From positions 20,336,001 to 20,400,000 of the forward strand of contig NW_027361808.1 of NCBI RefSeq assembly GCF_039654945.1: 64,000 nucleotides of DNA, in the 5' to 3' direction. Of the stretch, positions 11,185 through 23,235 are shown one piece after another. The translations under genes were made by a program, and so were the position numbers. Each line of letters starts with the position of its first letter. Position 1 is the first letter of the stretch. The notes beneath the pieces are model-generated. The model was not told the origin of the DNA and ran no database searches. It saw only the letters and a program-made list of their open reading frames with translations. The stretch is from Dendrobates tinctorius. Taxonomy: Eukaryota.

Positions 11185-13265
11185 GACAGGAGTCTTTTAT
11201 AAAGGTGACTATGTAAGACAGCTGTCTTTAATGCAGGTAGCGAGTTGATTAGGAGCGTCCAACTGGTCTATAAGTGCCAGAACTCTTAAAAGGAATCGGT
11301 CACCCTTTTTTTTCGACTATGAGATGCCGCTACTGACATCAGGGGCTTATCTACAGCATTCTGTAGATAATGCTCCTATATATTTGTTTATGGTGCGATT
11401 ATCCCATTATTGTCCATTTATTACTTTTTGCCCAGCAGTACTATGATATTATGCAGTAACTTTGATGCTGACATATATGGGTAAAAAACTTTTTCAATGA
11501 CGTGTATATTGTATAAACTTCTTGCAGATGTTGTCCTTGGTAGTACAAGCTCCGCAATAAATCTTGAGTATATTTCTGGAGTTTGAAATCTGTGCCTGTA
11601 GATTTGCAACATAATTTATGTCAACCAAAGAGAATATAAATTAAAGTCACTCTTTAACTAACCAGTAGAAAAGAAATAATATATGCAAACATTTTGGCAA
11701 AACTGATACAGTATGTGCACTGTGACTGTAGACTTGTAGTTTCAGACCAGACAACCCCTTTAGGCCTTATTCAATTTGATTCATTAAAAATTGAAACATT
11801 AAAAACAACTTATTGGTCATAGACGCATCTGTATCAATCCAAACTAATCGAATATCTCGCTATTTATCTAGCTTGGGGATATTATGCAAAAAAAAAAAAA
11901 AAAGTCTCAGAATGGCTTTTTTGGTCACCTCACTTTCACCCTACCCCCAGAAAAAGTGATGAAGCTTTATACACCCCAAAGTGTTAGTAATAAAACTAAA
12001 GCTGATCTCATGAAAAAAAAAATCAAGCCCATACAGCTCAACTGGTGTGAAAATAAGTTTCTTTTGTATGGGGTTATATTTTGTAAAATTAGTCAAAAAA
12101 TTCTTGTACATTTGACATCAAAATTATCATATTGACCTGCAGAATAAGGTTAAGATGTACATGGTAAATTAAATGGTGTTATTAAAAAATACAAAAAAAT
12201 TACTCATACAGCTGGATTCGTGGAGAAATATAAAACATTATGGTTCTTGGAAAGCGTAGAAGTTAAAACAAATACAAAAAATATCAAACCTGTTTACAGC
12301 GGGAAGGTATTTCAGAACAAAAAATGATACATTTGTTTGTCACAATAAAACAGGAAAGCAATAAATTCACAGGACGGCATTGCAATCAAAAGCCGTATTT
12401 GCTATGAGCTGCACAACTCTTGTCAATTTTTTGTTATTCTCACACAGGTCAGTACATTTTGATACATTAGTGTAAGATAACGTATATTTGCCCACGAATA
12501 ATCAAAGCCCAATTCCCCGTACTAGAAGATAATTGAGAAAAAATTACAATACAGCCGCTTCTGGCAAGAACAGAACATCCCATGACCGTACAAAGAAGAA
12601 GTCTACAGAACTCTGAGAGAAGGGAACTTTCCTCAGCCACTTTGTTTTTACCAAATGAATAGAGAAATCATAACGCATATGTAAGACCTAAACATTAAAG
12701 TATAAAATTAAAGGATACCAAATGAGCATACATTTTTTACTTCTATTTTAAGTGCTGAAAAAAAGTCAGAATATTGTAAAAAAATAAATTTGCTTTGTGT
12801 TGCCATTTTCCAAGACTCGTAACTTTTTTATATTTTTAATAGGCTGATTGATTGCTTGTTTTTTTGCATTGTGAGATGACATTTTTATTGGTACCAAATT
12901 AATATACAGTACATACATTGCTTGGAATGATTATTATATTTTTGAAAAGGGGATGAGAGAAGCAAGAAGAGAAACCATTTGGCATGAGACGACAAGTATG
13001 CAAATCGCATATGATAGGTCACCTGACAACCACTCGACCCAGCCAGCAGAGCTGAATCCTAACAGTGTGTATGCAATCATGCCGGATGAAATTTAATCCT
13101 GGCATGACACCTAAAGGAGTCTGCAGTACAGAGTACAGGTGCATCATGGCGTGGCTAAACTTTTAAGTGCACTTTCATACCTACTTGTTTTCCATTTATC
13201 AAGCCAGAGATGTCAATGAAAGAGGGGGTGGAGACAAAGGGAAAACAAGCAGGAGGGAAGGTGTA

Positions 13266-13952
13266 CGTCACGTCGGCGGCGATGACCGCCGCCGTTCCAG
13301 CAGCGGCGGGGTCCGCCGCTGCCTGTACTCACCTGCCCTCGGCTCGCCACGCTGTGCCCGCCTCCTCCTCGCTCCCGTCCTCCTGGCGCGTCATGTGCGC
13401 TCGCCCTAGGCCATGGGCACGTGCTCTGCAGGTTCCTTAACCCTGCAGCGCCCGCCCAGAAGTCTGGCCGCCCAATTAGACTGCAGCATGGGCTATATCA
13501 GGCGTCTCCAAGATGGTGGAGACACCTGATTATCGCGTGCAGTACCTTGCGGTATTCTGGACAAGTTGTAGGGGTTCTTCCCCACAACTCTCTCTGAATT
13601 CCTGCCTGTACTCCGTCCTTGTACTCCTTGTTCAGTCCTGTACTCCTGTACTCTGTACACAGTCCTGCACTCCGCACTCCGTCCCGTACTCTTCACTTAG
13701 TCCTGTACTCCGCCCCGTGTGCCTGACCCGTCCTGTATCCCTGGTTAGTCTTGTGCTCTGGTTCCGCCAGTCCCTCCTTGGTCCTTTGAGCCGCCCCTCT
13801 TGGTTCTAGCTGTCGCGGTGTCTATCTTCCGAGGGCCTGCCCCTAACGGTCCCTGTATAGGGGTCGGTTCCACCTGGCGCGCTCGCCCCCGGGAGCTCCA
13901 GTTCCGCGATCCAGAGGGTCCACTCTCGGATGTTACCTTCCTGGTCGTCACA
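13266..13952 (+). repeat. Gypsy 5' LTR (687 bp)
   Basis: (C)GTCAC...GTCACA; matches 18244-18910; TATA-like CTATAT at about 13493. Confidence 0.93.
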
Positions 13953-13965
13953 GCATAATCAGGCC

Positions 13966-14998
13966 ATGGACCCTGCTAGCGCCTCGGAGGCCACGCAGAA
14001 AGAATTGCTCATTTTGTGTGAGAACCAGACCAGAATAATGTCCTTTATTAAATCCATGGACACCCGCCTTTCCGCCTTACAAACCGCTGACCCAGGGAAC
14101 GCCCCGTTGCTAGCTGGACTCCAGGACTCCAGCAGGAGCTCGTGCAGCAGCGTGACGCCCAGTCCCACATCCTGAGTTACATGGCGTCTGTGGATGACTG
14201 ACTTCTGTCCCTACAGTCCTCTGCTGCCGCTTCAGCTCTACCTCGGGACCCCGTATCTCACCCGCCACCACGCTTGGGGAAACCTCCCAGGTTTAGCGGT
14301 GACCCTAAGTTATGTCGGGGGTTTTTAAACCAGTGCCGGTTGCACTTTGAGCTCCTGCCTCAGCAATACCCCTCTGATCGAGGCAAAGTAGCCTTTATTG
14401 TGTCCCATCTTGAGGGGAGGCCTTAGCTTGGGTAAATCCCCTGTGGGAGAGAGATGACCCGGTGGTATCTAGCATACAGAACTTCCTAGATACTTTCCGC
14501 AGGGTTTTTGACGAGCCTGGACGCGTAGCCTCCACCACTGAGGCTCTTTTCAATCTTTGTCAGGGTTCTCTCACTGTAGGACAGTATGCCATCTGCTTCC
14601 GGACACTGTCCTCTGAACTGGGGTGGAATAATGAGGCCTTGGTCAGGGCCTTTTGGAGGGGTCTCTCCAGCAAAATAAAAGATGAGCTTGCCGGCCAAGA
14701 CACGCCCACCACCCTGGAGGATCTTATATCCCTAGCCACCCGTATAGATTTACGGTTTCAGGAACACTCCCGGGAGTCAGTTAGGGAGAAGAGATCTTTT
14801 AGGCTATATCAAGCACCCATTCCCCGCTCCCCGGCGTCTTCTAGTAATTCCGCTCCCAAGCCCATGCAAGTGGACCGAGTAACGTTGTCCGAGCGACAAC
14901 GCAGGGAGAGAACAATGCAGGGGCTATGCCTTTACTGTGGCGGGGCCAATCATTTTGTGTGTACTTGCCCAGTGAGGCGGGGAAACGACTCCACCTAG
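13966..14998 (+). pseudogene. Gypsy gag (PEG10/RTL-related capsid plus zinc knuckle), disrupted
   Basis: MDPAS start; [38 protein letters not shown]; stops and frameshifts in the 5' half. Confidence 0.9.
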
Positions 14999-15041
14999 GC
15001 CAGGTAAGAGAGGCCTCCCTAGGTGACACCGATTCCTCTCT
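14980..15041 (+). promoter_or_regulatory. -1 ribosomal frameshift signal (G GGA AAC plus predicted pseudoknot)
   Basis: Slippery heptamer 14980-86 in the gag frame; stem 1 CACCTAGG/CCTAGGTG; stem 2 AGAGAGG/CCTCTCT; pol continues in the -1 frame. Confidence 0.8.
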
Positions 15042-18000
15042 GCCCCTTACCATTTCGGCTTTAGTTGTTCTAGGTCGGAGCGTAGATCTGTGGAGGCGTA
15101 TGTGGACTCAGGTGCGGCTGGTAACGTCATCTGGCTCAAGGAAGTGGACCAGTTCCGGATCCCGGTGGTTACTCTTGAGAATCCATGCACCATCGCCTCT
15201 GTGGATAGCAAACCGTTACCTGAACCCATCACCATGGTCACTGTCGAAGTGGAGATACAAGTTGGAGCTCTTCACCGAGAGAAGATCGCCTTTTATGTTC
15301 TGCCTAATTTGTCCCACGCCGTGCTCCTCGGCCTACCATGGCTACTCCTACATGAGCCCGTTCTGGACTGGTGTTCTGGGGAGATCCTCCACTGGGGACA
15401 CTCCTGCCATGAACATTGTCTGTTGTCAGTATCTCGCCCTGGTCCGCAGCACACTCCTACCGATCTTCCTGGGCTTCCCACGGCTTATCACTTGTTCGCC
15501 GATGTCTTCAGCAAAAAAAGAGGATGAGACCCTGCCGCCGCATCGATCCTACGATTGCCCAATTGAGCTGATTCCAGGAGCTACTCCCCCCAGGGGAAGA
15601 ACTTATCCACTGTCCCCGGCAGAGACCGCGGCCATGTCTGAATACATCCGGGAAAACTTGGCTCAGGGTTTTATTCGGAAGTCATCTTCACCTGCTGAAG
15701 CAGGGTTCTTTTTCGTCTGGAAAAAATATGGATCCCTTCGGCCATGTATAGACAACCGAGGCTTGAACAGTATCACAGTCAAGAATAGGTATCCTCTCCC
15801 GCTAATCCCTGAACTCTTTGACCGTTTGAGAGGGGCCCGGATCTTTACCAAGTTGGATCTGCGGGGAGCCTATAACTTGATCCGAATCCGTACCGGGGAT
15901 GAGTGGAAGACAGCCTTCAATACTCAGGATGGCCATTACGAGTATTTGGTTATGCCTTTTGGACTCTGCAATGCCCCGGCGGTTTTCCAGGAGTTCGCTA
16001 ATGAGATCTTTTGAGACCTACTGTACTCATGTGTCGTCGTATATCTAGATGACATTCTCATCTTTTCGCCTGACTTATCCACCCACAGGAGGAGCGTTCG
16101 GCTGGTTCTGCAACGCCTACGGGAAAACCGACTCTATACTAAACTAGAGAAATGCCTGTTCGAGAAAACCTCATTGCCCTTCCTGGGGTATATTATCACG
16201 GACTCCGGGGTGAAGATGGACCGTGAGAAGTTGTCTGCTGTACTCAAATGGTCACGTCCGGTTGGAGTAAAAGCCATCCAACGGTTCCTGGGTTTCGCAA
16301 ACTATTATAGGCAGTTCATTCCCCACTTCTCTTCAGTGACCAAGCCCATCTCCGCTCTGACCAGAAAAGGGTCCAAAGCAAAAGTCTGGACTCCAGAGGC
16401 TGAAGAGGCCTTCCTTGCCTTGAAACGGTCCTTCGCTACCACCCGATTTTACACCGGCCGTTAGTCAATAGGCCCTTCATCCTAGAGGTGGATGCGTCCT
16501 CCACTGGAGCAGGGGCAGTCCTTTCCCAGCAGACATCTTTTGGCCAATTGGTGCCTTGTGGGTTCTTCTCTATGTCATTCTCCCCCGCAGAATGCAACTA
16601 TTCAATTGGAGATCGGGAGTTACTGGCCATTAAGATGGCTCTGGAAGAGTGGCGGTATCTTCTGTAGGGGGCAGTCCATCCATTCATAATCTTCACGGAC
16701 CACAAGAATTTGGCATATCTTCAGTCTGCGCAAAGACTCAACTCCAGGCAGGCCAGGTGGTCGCTATAATTTTCCCGCTTTGACTTCAAACTCCATTTTC
16801 GACCTGGGGATAGAAACATCAAGGCGGATGCCCTATCCAGGTCCTTGCAATCACCTGAGACTGAGGAAGCTCCTTCTTATATCATTGAGCCTGCCAAAGT
16901 TATCACCGTGGCACCCGTGACGCTCTCCCCCATTCCGCCGGGCAAGACCTTCGTCCCACAGAATAAGAGGTCGGAAGTCCTAGACTGGGGGCATTCCTCC
17001 AAGGTTGCGGGCCACGTCGGGGTTAAGAAAACCCTCTGTCTCCTCTCGCACTACTATTGGTGGCCTTCTCCTCGCCAAGATGTGACAGATTTCGTAGCCT
17101 CCTGCACGACTTGTGCTCAGAACAAAGTACCAAGAAGTCTGCCGTCCGGCCTGCTTCACCCTCTGCCTCCCCCTGAGGCCCCTTGGTGACAGATTGGTAT
17201 GGACTTCATTACCGATCTACCTCGCTCTTCCGGGTGTGCTACTATTCTAGTAGTGGTCGACCGCTTCTCCAAGATGGCCCATTTTATCCTGCCCGGATTA
17301 CCCACAGCACCTGAATTGGCCAAGGTCTTCATCCACCAGATCTTCAGGATTCATGGTCTCCCTCAACGAATTGTCTCCGATCGAGGGGTCCAGTTTACCT
17401 CCCGATTCTGGAGGGCGCTCAGCAAACTCATGGGTATATCTCTGGACTACTCCTCTGGCTATCACCCTCAGTCCAATGGGCAAGTGGAATGGATCAACCA
17501 GGTATTGGCAGCCTACCTGCGTCACTTTTTAATGCCCATCAAGACAACTGGGTATCCCTCCTGCCATGGGCAGAGTTCGCCCATAACAACCATCCTAATG
17601 AGTCCACCACTAAAACGCCGTTCTTCATGGTTTCTGGCCAGAATCCTGGTGTTCTGCTACCTCTCTCCACGCCTTCTGGTGTTCCCGCAGCAGATGCGCT
17701 CTCTTCCGAGTTTTCTCAAGTCTGAAGAGAGACCAGAGAGGCACTTGAAAAGTCCAGTATCCAGATTAAGAGACATGCTGACAAGAGTCGCAGGGACCTT
17801 CCGCCTTACCAACCTGACGACAAAGTCTGGCTGTCAACTAAGCATATCCGCCTAAAGATGCCCTCTTACAAATTGGGTCCATGATACATTGGTCCGTTTG
17901 AGGTTCTTGGACGCATTAACGACGTGGCCTATAAATTGAGGTTGCCGGCTTCACTCTGGGTCCCTAACACCTTTCATGTCTCGCTCTTTAAACCTGTTGT

Positions 18001-18232
18001 TCTTAATCGGTATCACCCGGTGCCACCTCCTTCCCCCCAGCCAGTAGGGGCCGATAACATCTTTGAGGTAAGAGATATTTTAGCCATGAAAAGAGTTCGG
18101 GGGCGAACCTTCTTCCTTATCGATTGGAAGGGTTTTGGTCCTGAGGAGAGGTCTTGGGAACCTAGAGAAAATGTTAATGCTCCTCTTCTTTTTAAGGAAG
18201 TTTTTGTCCAACCTCAGGAGGAGGTGACGTAA
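14980..18232 (+). pseudogene. Gypsy pol (PR, RT, RNase H, integrase, chromodomain), disrupted
   Basis: VDSGA; [20 protein letters not shown]; [13 protein letters not shown]; YLDD; MDFITDLP..VVVDRFSK; VSDRGVQF; [17 protein letters not shown]; multiple stops and frameshifts. Confidence 0.95.
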
Positions 18233-18243
18233 AGGGGGGGTAC

Positions 18244-18910
18244 TGTCACCGCCGCCGCCTGTACTCACCTGCCCTCAGCTCGCCACGCTGTGCCCGCCTC
18301 CTCCTCGCTCCCGGCGCGTCACGTGCACTCGCCCTAGGCCGCGGGCGCGTGCTCTGCAGGTTCCATAACTCTGCAGCGCCCGCCCAGAAGTCTGGCCGCC
18401 CAATTAGACTGCAGCACGGGCTATATCAGGCGTCTCCAAGATGGTGAAGACGCCTGATTATCGTGTGCAGTACCTTGCGGTATTCTGGACAAGTTGTAGG
18501 GGTTCTTCCACACAACTCTCTGAATTCCTACCTGTACTCTGTCCTTGTACTCCTTGCTCAGTCCTGTACTCCGTCCTTGTACTCCTTGTTCAGTCCCATA
18601 CTCCTGTACTCTGTACTCAGTCCTGCACTCCGCACTCCTTCCCGTACTCTTCACTTAGTTCTGTACTCTGCCCCATGAGCCTGACCGGTCCTGTATCCCT
18701 GGTTAGTCTTGTGCTCTGGTTCCGCCAGTCCCTCCCTGGTCCTTTGAGCCGCCCATCTTGGTTCTAGCTGTCGCGGTGTCTGTCTTGCGAGGGCCTGCCC
18801 CTAACGGTCCCTGTTTAGGGGTCGGTTCCACCTGGCGCGCTCGCCCCCGGGAGCTCCAGTTCCGCGATCCAGAGGGTCCACTCTCGGACGTTACCTTCCT
18901 GGTCGTCACA
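18244..18910 (+). repeat. Gypsy 3' LTR (667 bp)
   Basis: TGTCAC...GTCACA after the polypurine tract; indels relative to the 5' LTR. Confidence 0.95.
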
Positions 18911-20671
18911 GTGTATATAAGTGATTGGCCGAACTATGGAGCACCGAGGGCCTGTACTTGATTTTAACAGTCATTCTGTGCTGATCCCACCATTCAAGTG
19001 TTGTCTGGAGATAAACCTGACAGCAAGTACAATATACAACAGCAGAAGCAGGGAAGGACAGCACTACATTTCCAGGAAAACCTCAGTTAAGCTAAGTTCA
19101 TATGAGTGCTGAACTTTATGAACCTGTCACTTCAGCAAATTATGGATGTGACTGACTCCATGCGCTCATCTGCATTTGTTGGCAGCAGATTATTCAGGAT
19201 ACTCTCCAAGTGAGTGACAACAGAGCTTCTTTATTCAGGAAAAACAGGAACAATATATGATAAGCTTAACAGATCAGGAATAAATCATTTGTGAGTCTCT
19301 ATCTGTGCATCATCTACAGCAGGCTGCTTCTCTCATACACAGACACAGGAAAACTGAAACTATAGTCACATGCTCTTCCTATGTGAGCCTCTGGGACTTT
19401 TTTTTTGTTCTAACTTTATAAACAGCATACAAATCTAGCAACTGAACACTCACAGACAGGAACATAATTGTTGCACCAAACATATTCCAACATTCCCACT
19501 CAACTACAGTAATCCTGTTAGTCCCATTGTGGTTCTGAAGTCCACAAACCTGGCTCTTGATAATGGCTTTGTCATACCATCAGCTATCATCTTGTCAGAC
19601 TCGCAATAAACAAACTCGAGTACACCATGTTCCACTAAGTCACGTAAAGGGTGATGTTTTACATCAATATGCTTAGTCTTTGCACTAATCTTCTCACTGC
19701 TGGCAAGTTTAATGCATCCTTGGTTGTCCTCAATGATAACCGTTGGTTGAGCTAATGGCTTGCCCGAAATCTTCCTAAAGTTGTTTCAACCAAATTACTT
19801 CTTGACTTGCATAAGCAGCAGACATATATTATGCTTCTGTAGAAGATAATGCGACTGACACTTGTTTTCTGCTTGACCAAGAAATTTAATTTTCTCCTAA
19901 CTTGAACAAGTAACCACTTGTTGATTTCCGATCACTTGAATCTCCAGCGCAATCTGCATTCACATAACCTCTGAGAGTGAGATCTCCTGATGCAGATATC
20001 TTAAGATTTAGTCTTTGAGTTTTTAAGATATTGATACAGGAAAGATGTATATCTTTGTACCGTGTTAGCCAGTAGATAGAAAAATATTAAGAATTGAAAG
20101 TCCTCAGTGGTTGATACCTTTCTCATGATCGAAAACTGTGTTTTTTCCCTACACATTCCAATCTCTCACATAGTGAAAAAATGGTTTTAAGATCACTCGA
20201 AAACAACAAGACTATTATCATTAAACCGGCAGACAAAGGGGTGGGATTCTTATCACGGACCGCTCCTCCTACTGCAGTGAGATCCGCTGACAACTATCAG
20301 ACTCTAATACATATAGGATTATTCCCAGAGACTCCACTTCAACAATTAAGTTGAAGATACACAACTTAGTCTCTCACTACCTGGATCGACATTAAATTGA
20401 CCAGAAGACGGCCACCTTCCTAACACAACCTCATCCGATTACACCAGTGTTTTATATACTACCAAAAATACACAAATCAATGAGTAATCCACCGGTAGAC
20501 CCATTGTGGCCTCTACTGATTCAATCCTATCCCCTTTGTCTATCTCTCTTGAAAAAATCATTACACCACTGATCAAAACCACTAAAGCATTCCTATTGGA
20601 CACCAAACAACTAGGCCAAATACCACCTAATAGCGTTTTAGTGACAATGGATGTTAATAGTCTATACATAT

Positions 20672-21431
20672 TGTGAGGTAGCGCTGTCAGTTAGGAGATC
20701 ACTCGCTTGGCAGCTGCAAAATCAGATCCGGCACAGATTTTCCATAAAGCAAGAATAGTCCATGCGATTTATTCAACATCATAAACCCACAGCAACAACA
20801 AAACTTCATATAAACAGCAGAGCGTCCATGGCAGAGTTTCACTCTGTAAACCCTGTGTTCACACAGGTTGTACAATGTCCAGCATACAGGCTCTCTTAGC
20901 CTCACTTATCTCACCCAGTCAGGGTTCTCTCATGGCTGCTTCTCCATAGACATTCATTCCCTCCAGGGAACTCTCAGGCACTTGCAGCCATTAAAAACAG
21001 CGTCCACATGCTGTCAGGAAAGTAGCCACATGAGACCTTCCAAACAGGACCAATCGGGTCCCTGCATTCACCCCATGTGACCTACCCTGGCCACATTATA
21101 TGGTTCATAGCCACGCCCAACGGGTCACGACTCTGACCTCATCACAGGTCCTTCAAGCATTTACACACTCTTTACAACAGCGTTCTTTAAACACACCCCC
21201 CGGGTGGGTTTGTAGGTAACTGGCTGCCCATCTCCCTAGTTACCTGGAGACTTCTCCCTGTCACATTAAAGCAGCACCTCAGCAGTATTACTGCTGATCA
21301 ACACATAAGTCTCCATCTCAAAGCCATCCACTTTGAGATACATAACGGCCATTCAGTATTCTTCCATTCATCCTTTCCCCTGGGAAACCCACACAGCGCC
21401 CCCTAGCGGACACAGTGGTTACTACACCACA
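20672..21431. mobile_element. Solo LTR inserted in the PLE RT
   Basis: TGTG...CACA termini; 4-bp TSD ATAT/ACAT; removing it rejoins SLY-(T/I)-SIPH. Confidence 0.8.
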
Positions 21432-22849
21432 ACATCCATCCCACATGATAAAGGCATAGAGGCCACCAGACTACTTCTTGAAACATCGGACTTATCAGTT
21501 GATTCAATCGACTTATGCATTGATCTACTCAAGCTAGTCCTATGAGAATTTTTTCTTATATGAAGATACTTTCTTTGTCCAAAGGAGTGGGACCACGATG
21601 GGGTCGAATGTAGCACCTGGTTATGCAAATGCTTTCATGAATCACTTTGAAAATGAACATGTATTTCCCCATGACCTATTTATAGATCACGTAATCTGCT
21701 ACCATCGTTATATCGACGACATCTTCTTTGTCTGGACAGGTACTATAGATTCTCTCAACATCTTCCATCAGCATCTTAATTCCACCTTCCCAGGGTTGCA
21801 ATTTACTATACACTACAGTAAGGATCAAGTTTCTTTCCTGGATCACTAGTACTCAAAGATGAAGTAGGAACCCTGTCAACTGACCTATTTTGTAAACCCA
21901 CTGACTAACACTTTATTGCACTATTCCAGCTGCCATCCTAGAACAACTAAGAACAGCTTGCCACGTTCACAGTTCAGTAGGGTTTCACGCATCGTATCTG
22001 ATCCAGAAACCCTGCACACCAGACTCGACAGTATGTCACACAAGTTTCGAACAAGACACTACCCAGTCAGTTTACTAGAGAAAGAAAAAAACAGAGTCCT
22101 TACGCCACGACCCCCTCCCCCACCAGTACACAAAAGAGAGAGAATGCTATTTGTGCATACATACCATCCCCTTATGCCTAAGGTATACTCAATCATTAGA
22201 AAACATTGTTATCCAAGGCTTACCCAAAAATTGAGTCTTTCATCACTCCCACGTTGATCTGTACTAAGAGACCCTTGAATATTAGGGACAAGCTGATACG
22301 AGCCGACATAGGTAGCTCACGCCCCATCATGTCACAGGGATTAATTGGCGCAAGGCGCCATGGCACTTTTCCTTGCTTCAACTATGCGGCATGTTCCAAT
22401 GTAATCCGATCAGACAATATCACCCACCCAAGGACAGGGAAAAGTTACCCTGTCCGGGGATACTTTACCTGCGATTCTAATTTCGTTGTTTATCTGATCA
22501 AATGCCCCTGTGGTCTCCTCTATGTAGGGGAGACCACACAACATGTGAAAGATAGAATAGCGAGCCACAAATCCACCATCAGGTGTGGCAAGACTTGGCT
22601 TCCCCTACCGGATCACTTTTCTAAACAGCGTCACTCTGTGGCACAATTGAAATTTCAGATAATAGAGCAGGCATCTTATCCCAGGAGAGGTGGCATCCGC
22701 ATAAAATTACTAAAGCAAAGAGAATCATTCTGGATTTATACCCTAGACACATTGGAACCTAGGGGCTTAAATAGACAAAAAGACTGGCATATTTAGTGGT
22801 GTTTAATTAATCTTATTTTTCAGATATGCTAATTTTTCAAACACATAAG

Positions 22850-23235
22850 TGAGTTTCACTCGTGTTTATTTTCAATTTTTTATTTCATTTATTTTTATTT
22901 TTTTATTATTTTTATTTTTCTATTTTTTGATTTTCATTTTATTCACATATATTTATTTATCATTTTTTTTCTATTTTTTCATTCATTTTTTTATTCTTTT
23001 CTATTTTCATTCATTGTTGTTTTCATTTTATTTTATCCTTTTTATTTTATTTTTTCTATTTCCCCCCCTTTCTTTCCCTTTTTCCCCATTTTGCTTTTTT
23101 CTCCTATTTTTTTCTTATCCCTATTTTCCTTATTTTTTTATTATAATTTTTTTTCATTATTTTTCATTTGATTTTTATCTTTATCTTCATTTTTTTTTTT
23201 TTATTTTCATTCTTATTTTCTTATTTACCTATTAA
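22850..23235 (+). repeat. T-rich low-complexity tract in the PLE 3' region
   Basis: Near-continuous (TTTTA/TTTTC)n. Confidence 0.85.

Larger units (their letters stand above)
4963..11289 (-). mobile_element. Decayed Tc1 split by nested insertions (pieces 4963-5358, 10138-10873, 11193-11289)
   Basis: TIR (T)AGTGGGGGAAATAAGTA; C-terminal fragment ELKLRVVKRQPQ; ORF 10253-10687 with [16 protein letters not shown] and TVKHGGG; the region with the second D and the E is deleted. Confidence 0.85.
13266..18910 (+). mobile_element. Full-length Ty3/Gypsy chromovirus (sushi-like) LTR retrotransposon, decayed
   Basis: Paired LTRs; 5-bp TSD GTGTA (13261-65, 18911-15); polypurine tract AAAGGGGGGG at 18231-40; gag-PR-RT-RH-IN-chromodomain order. 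Confidence 0.97.

Noticed and set aside
11421-11612. 63-aa minus-strand ORF with an acceptor-like CTACAG
   Set aside because: No MERTK similarity; contains the SINE motif CCAAGGACAACATCTGCAAG
22849-23235. Hydrophobic membrane-protein-like ORF
   Set aside because: T-rich tract in a PLE 3' region
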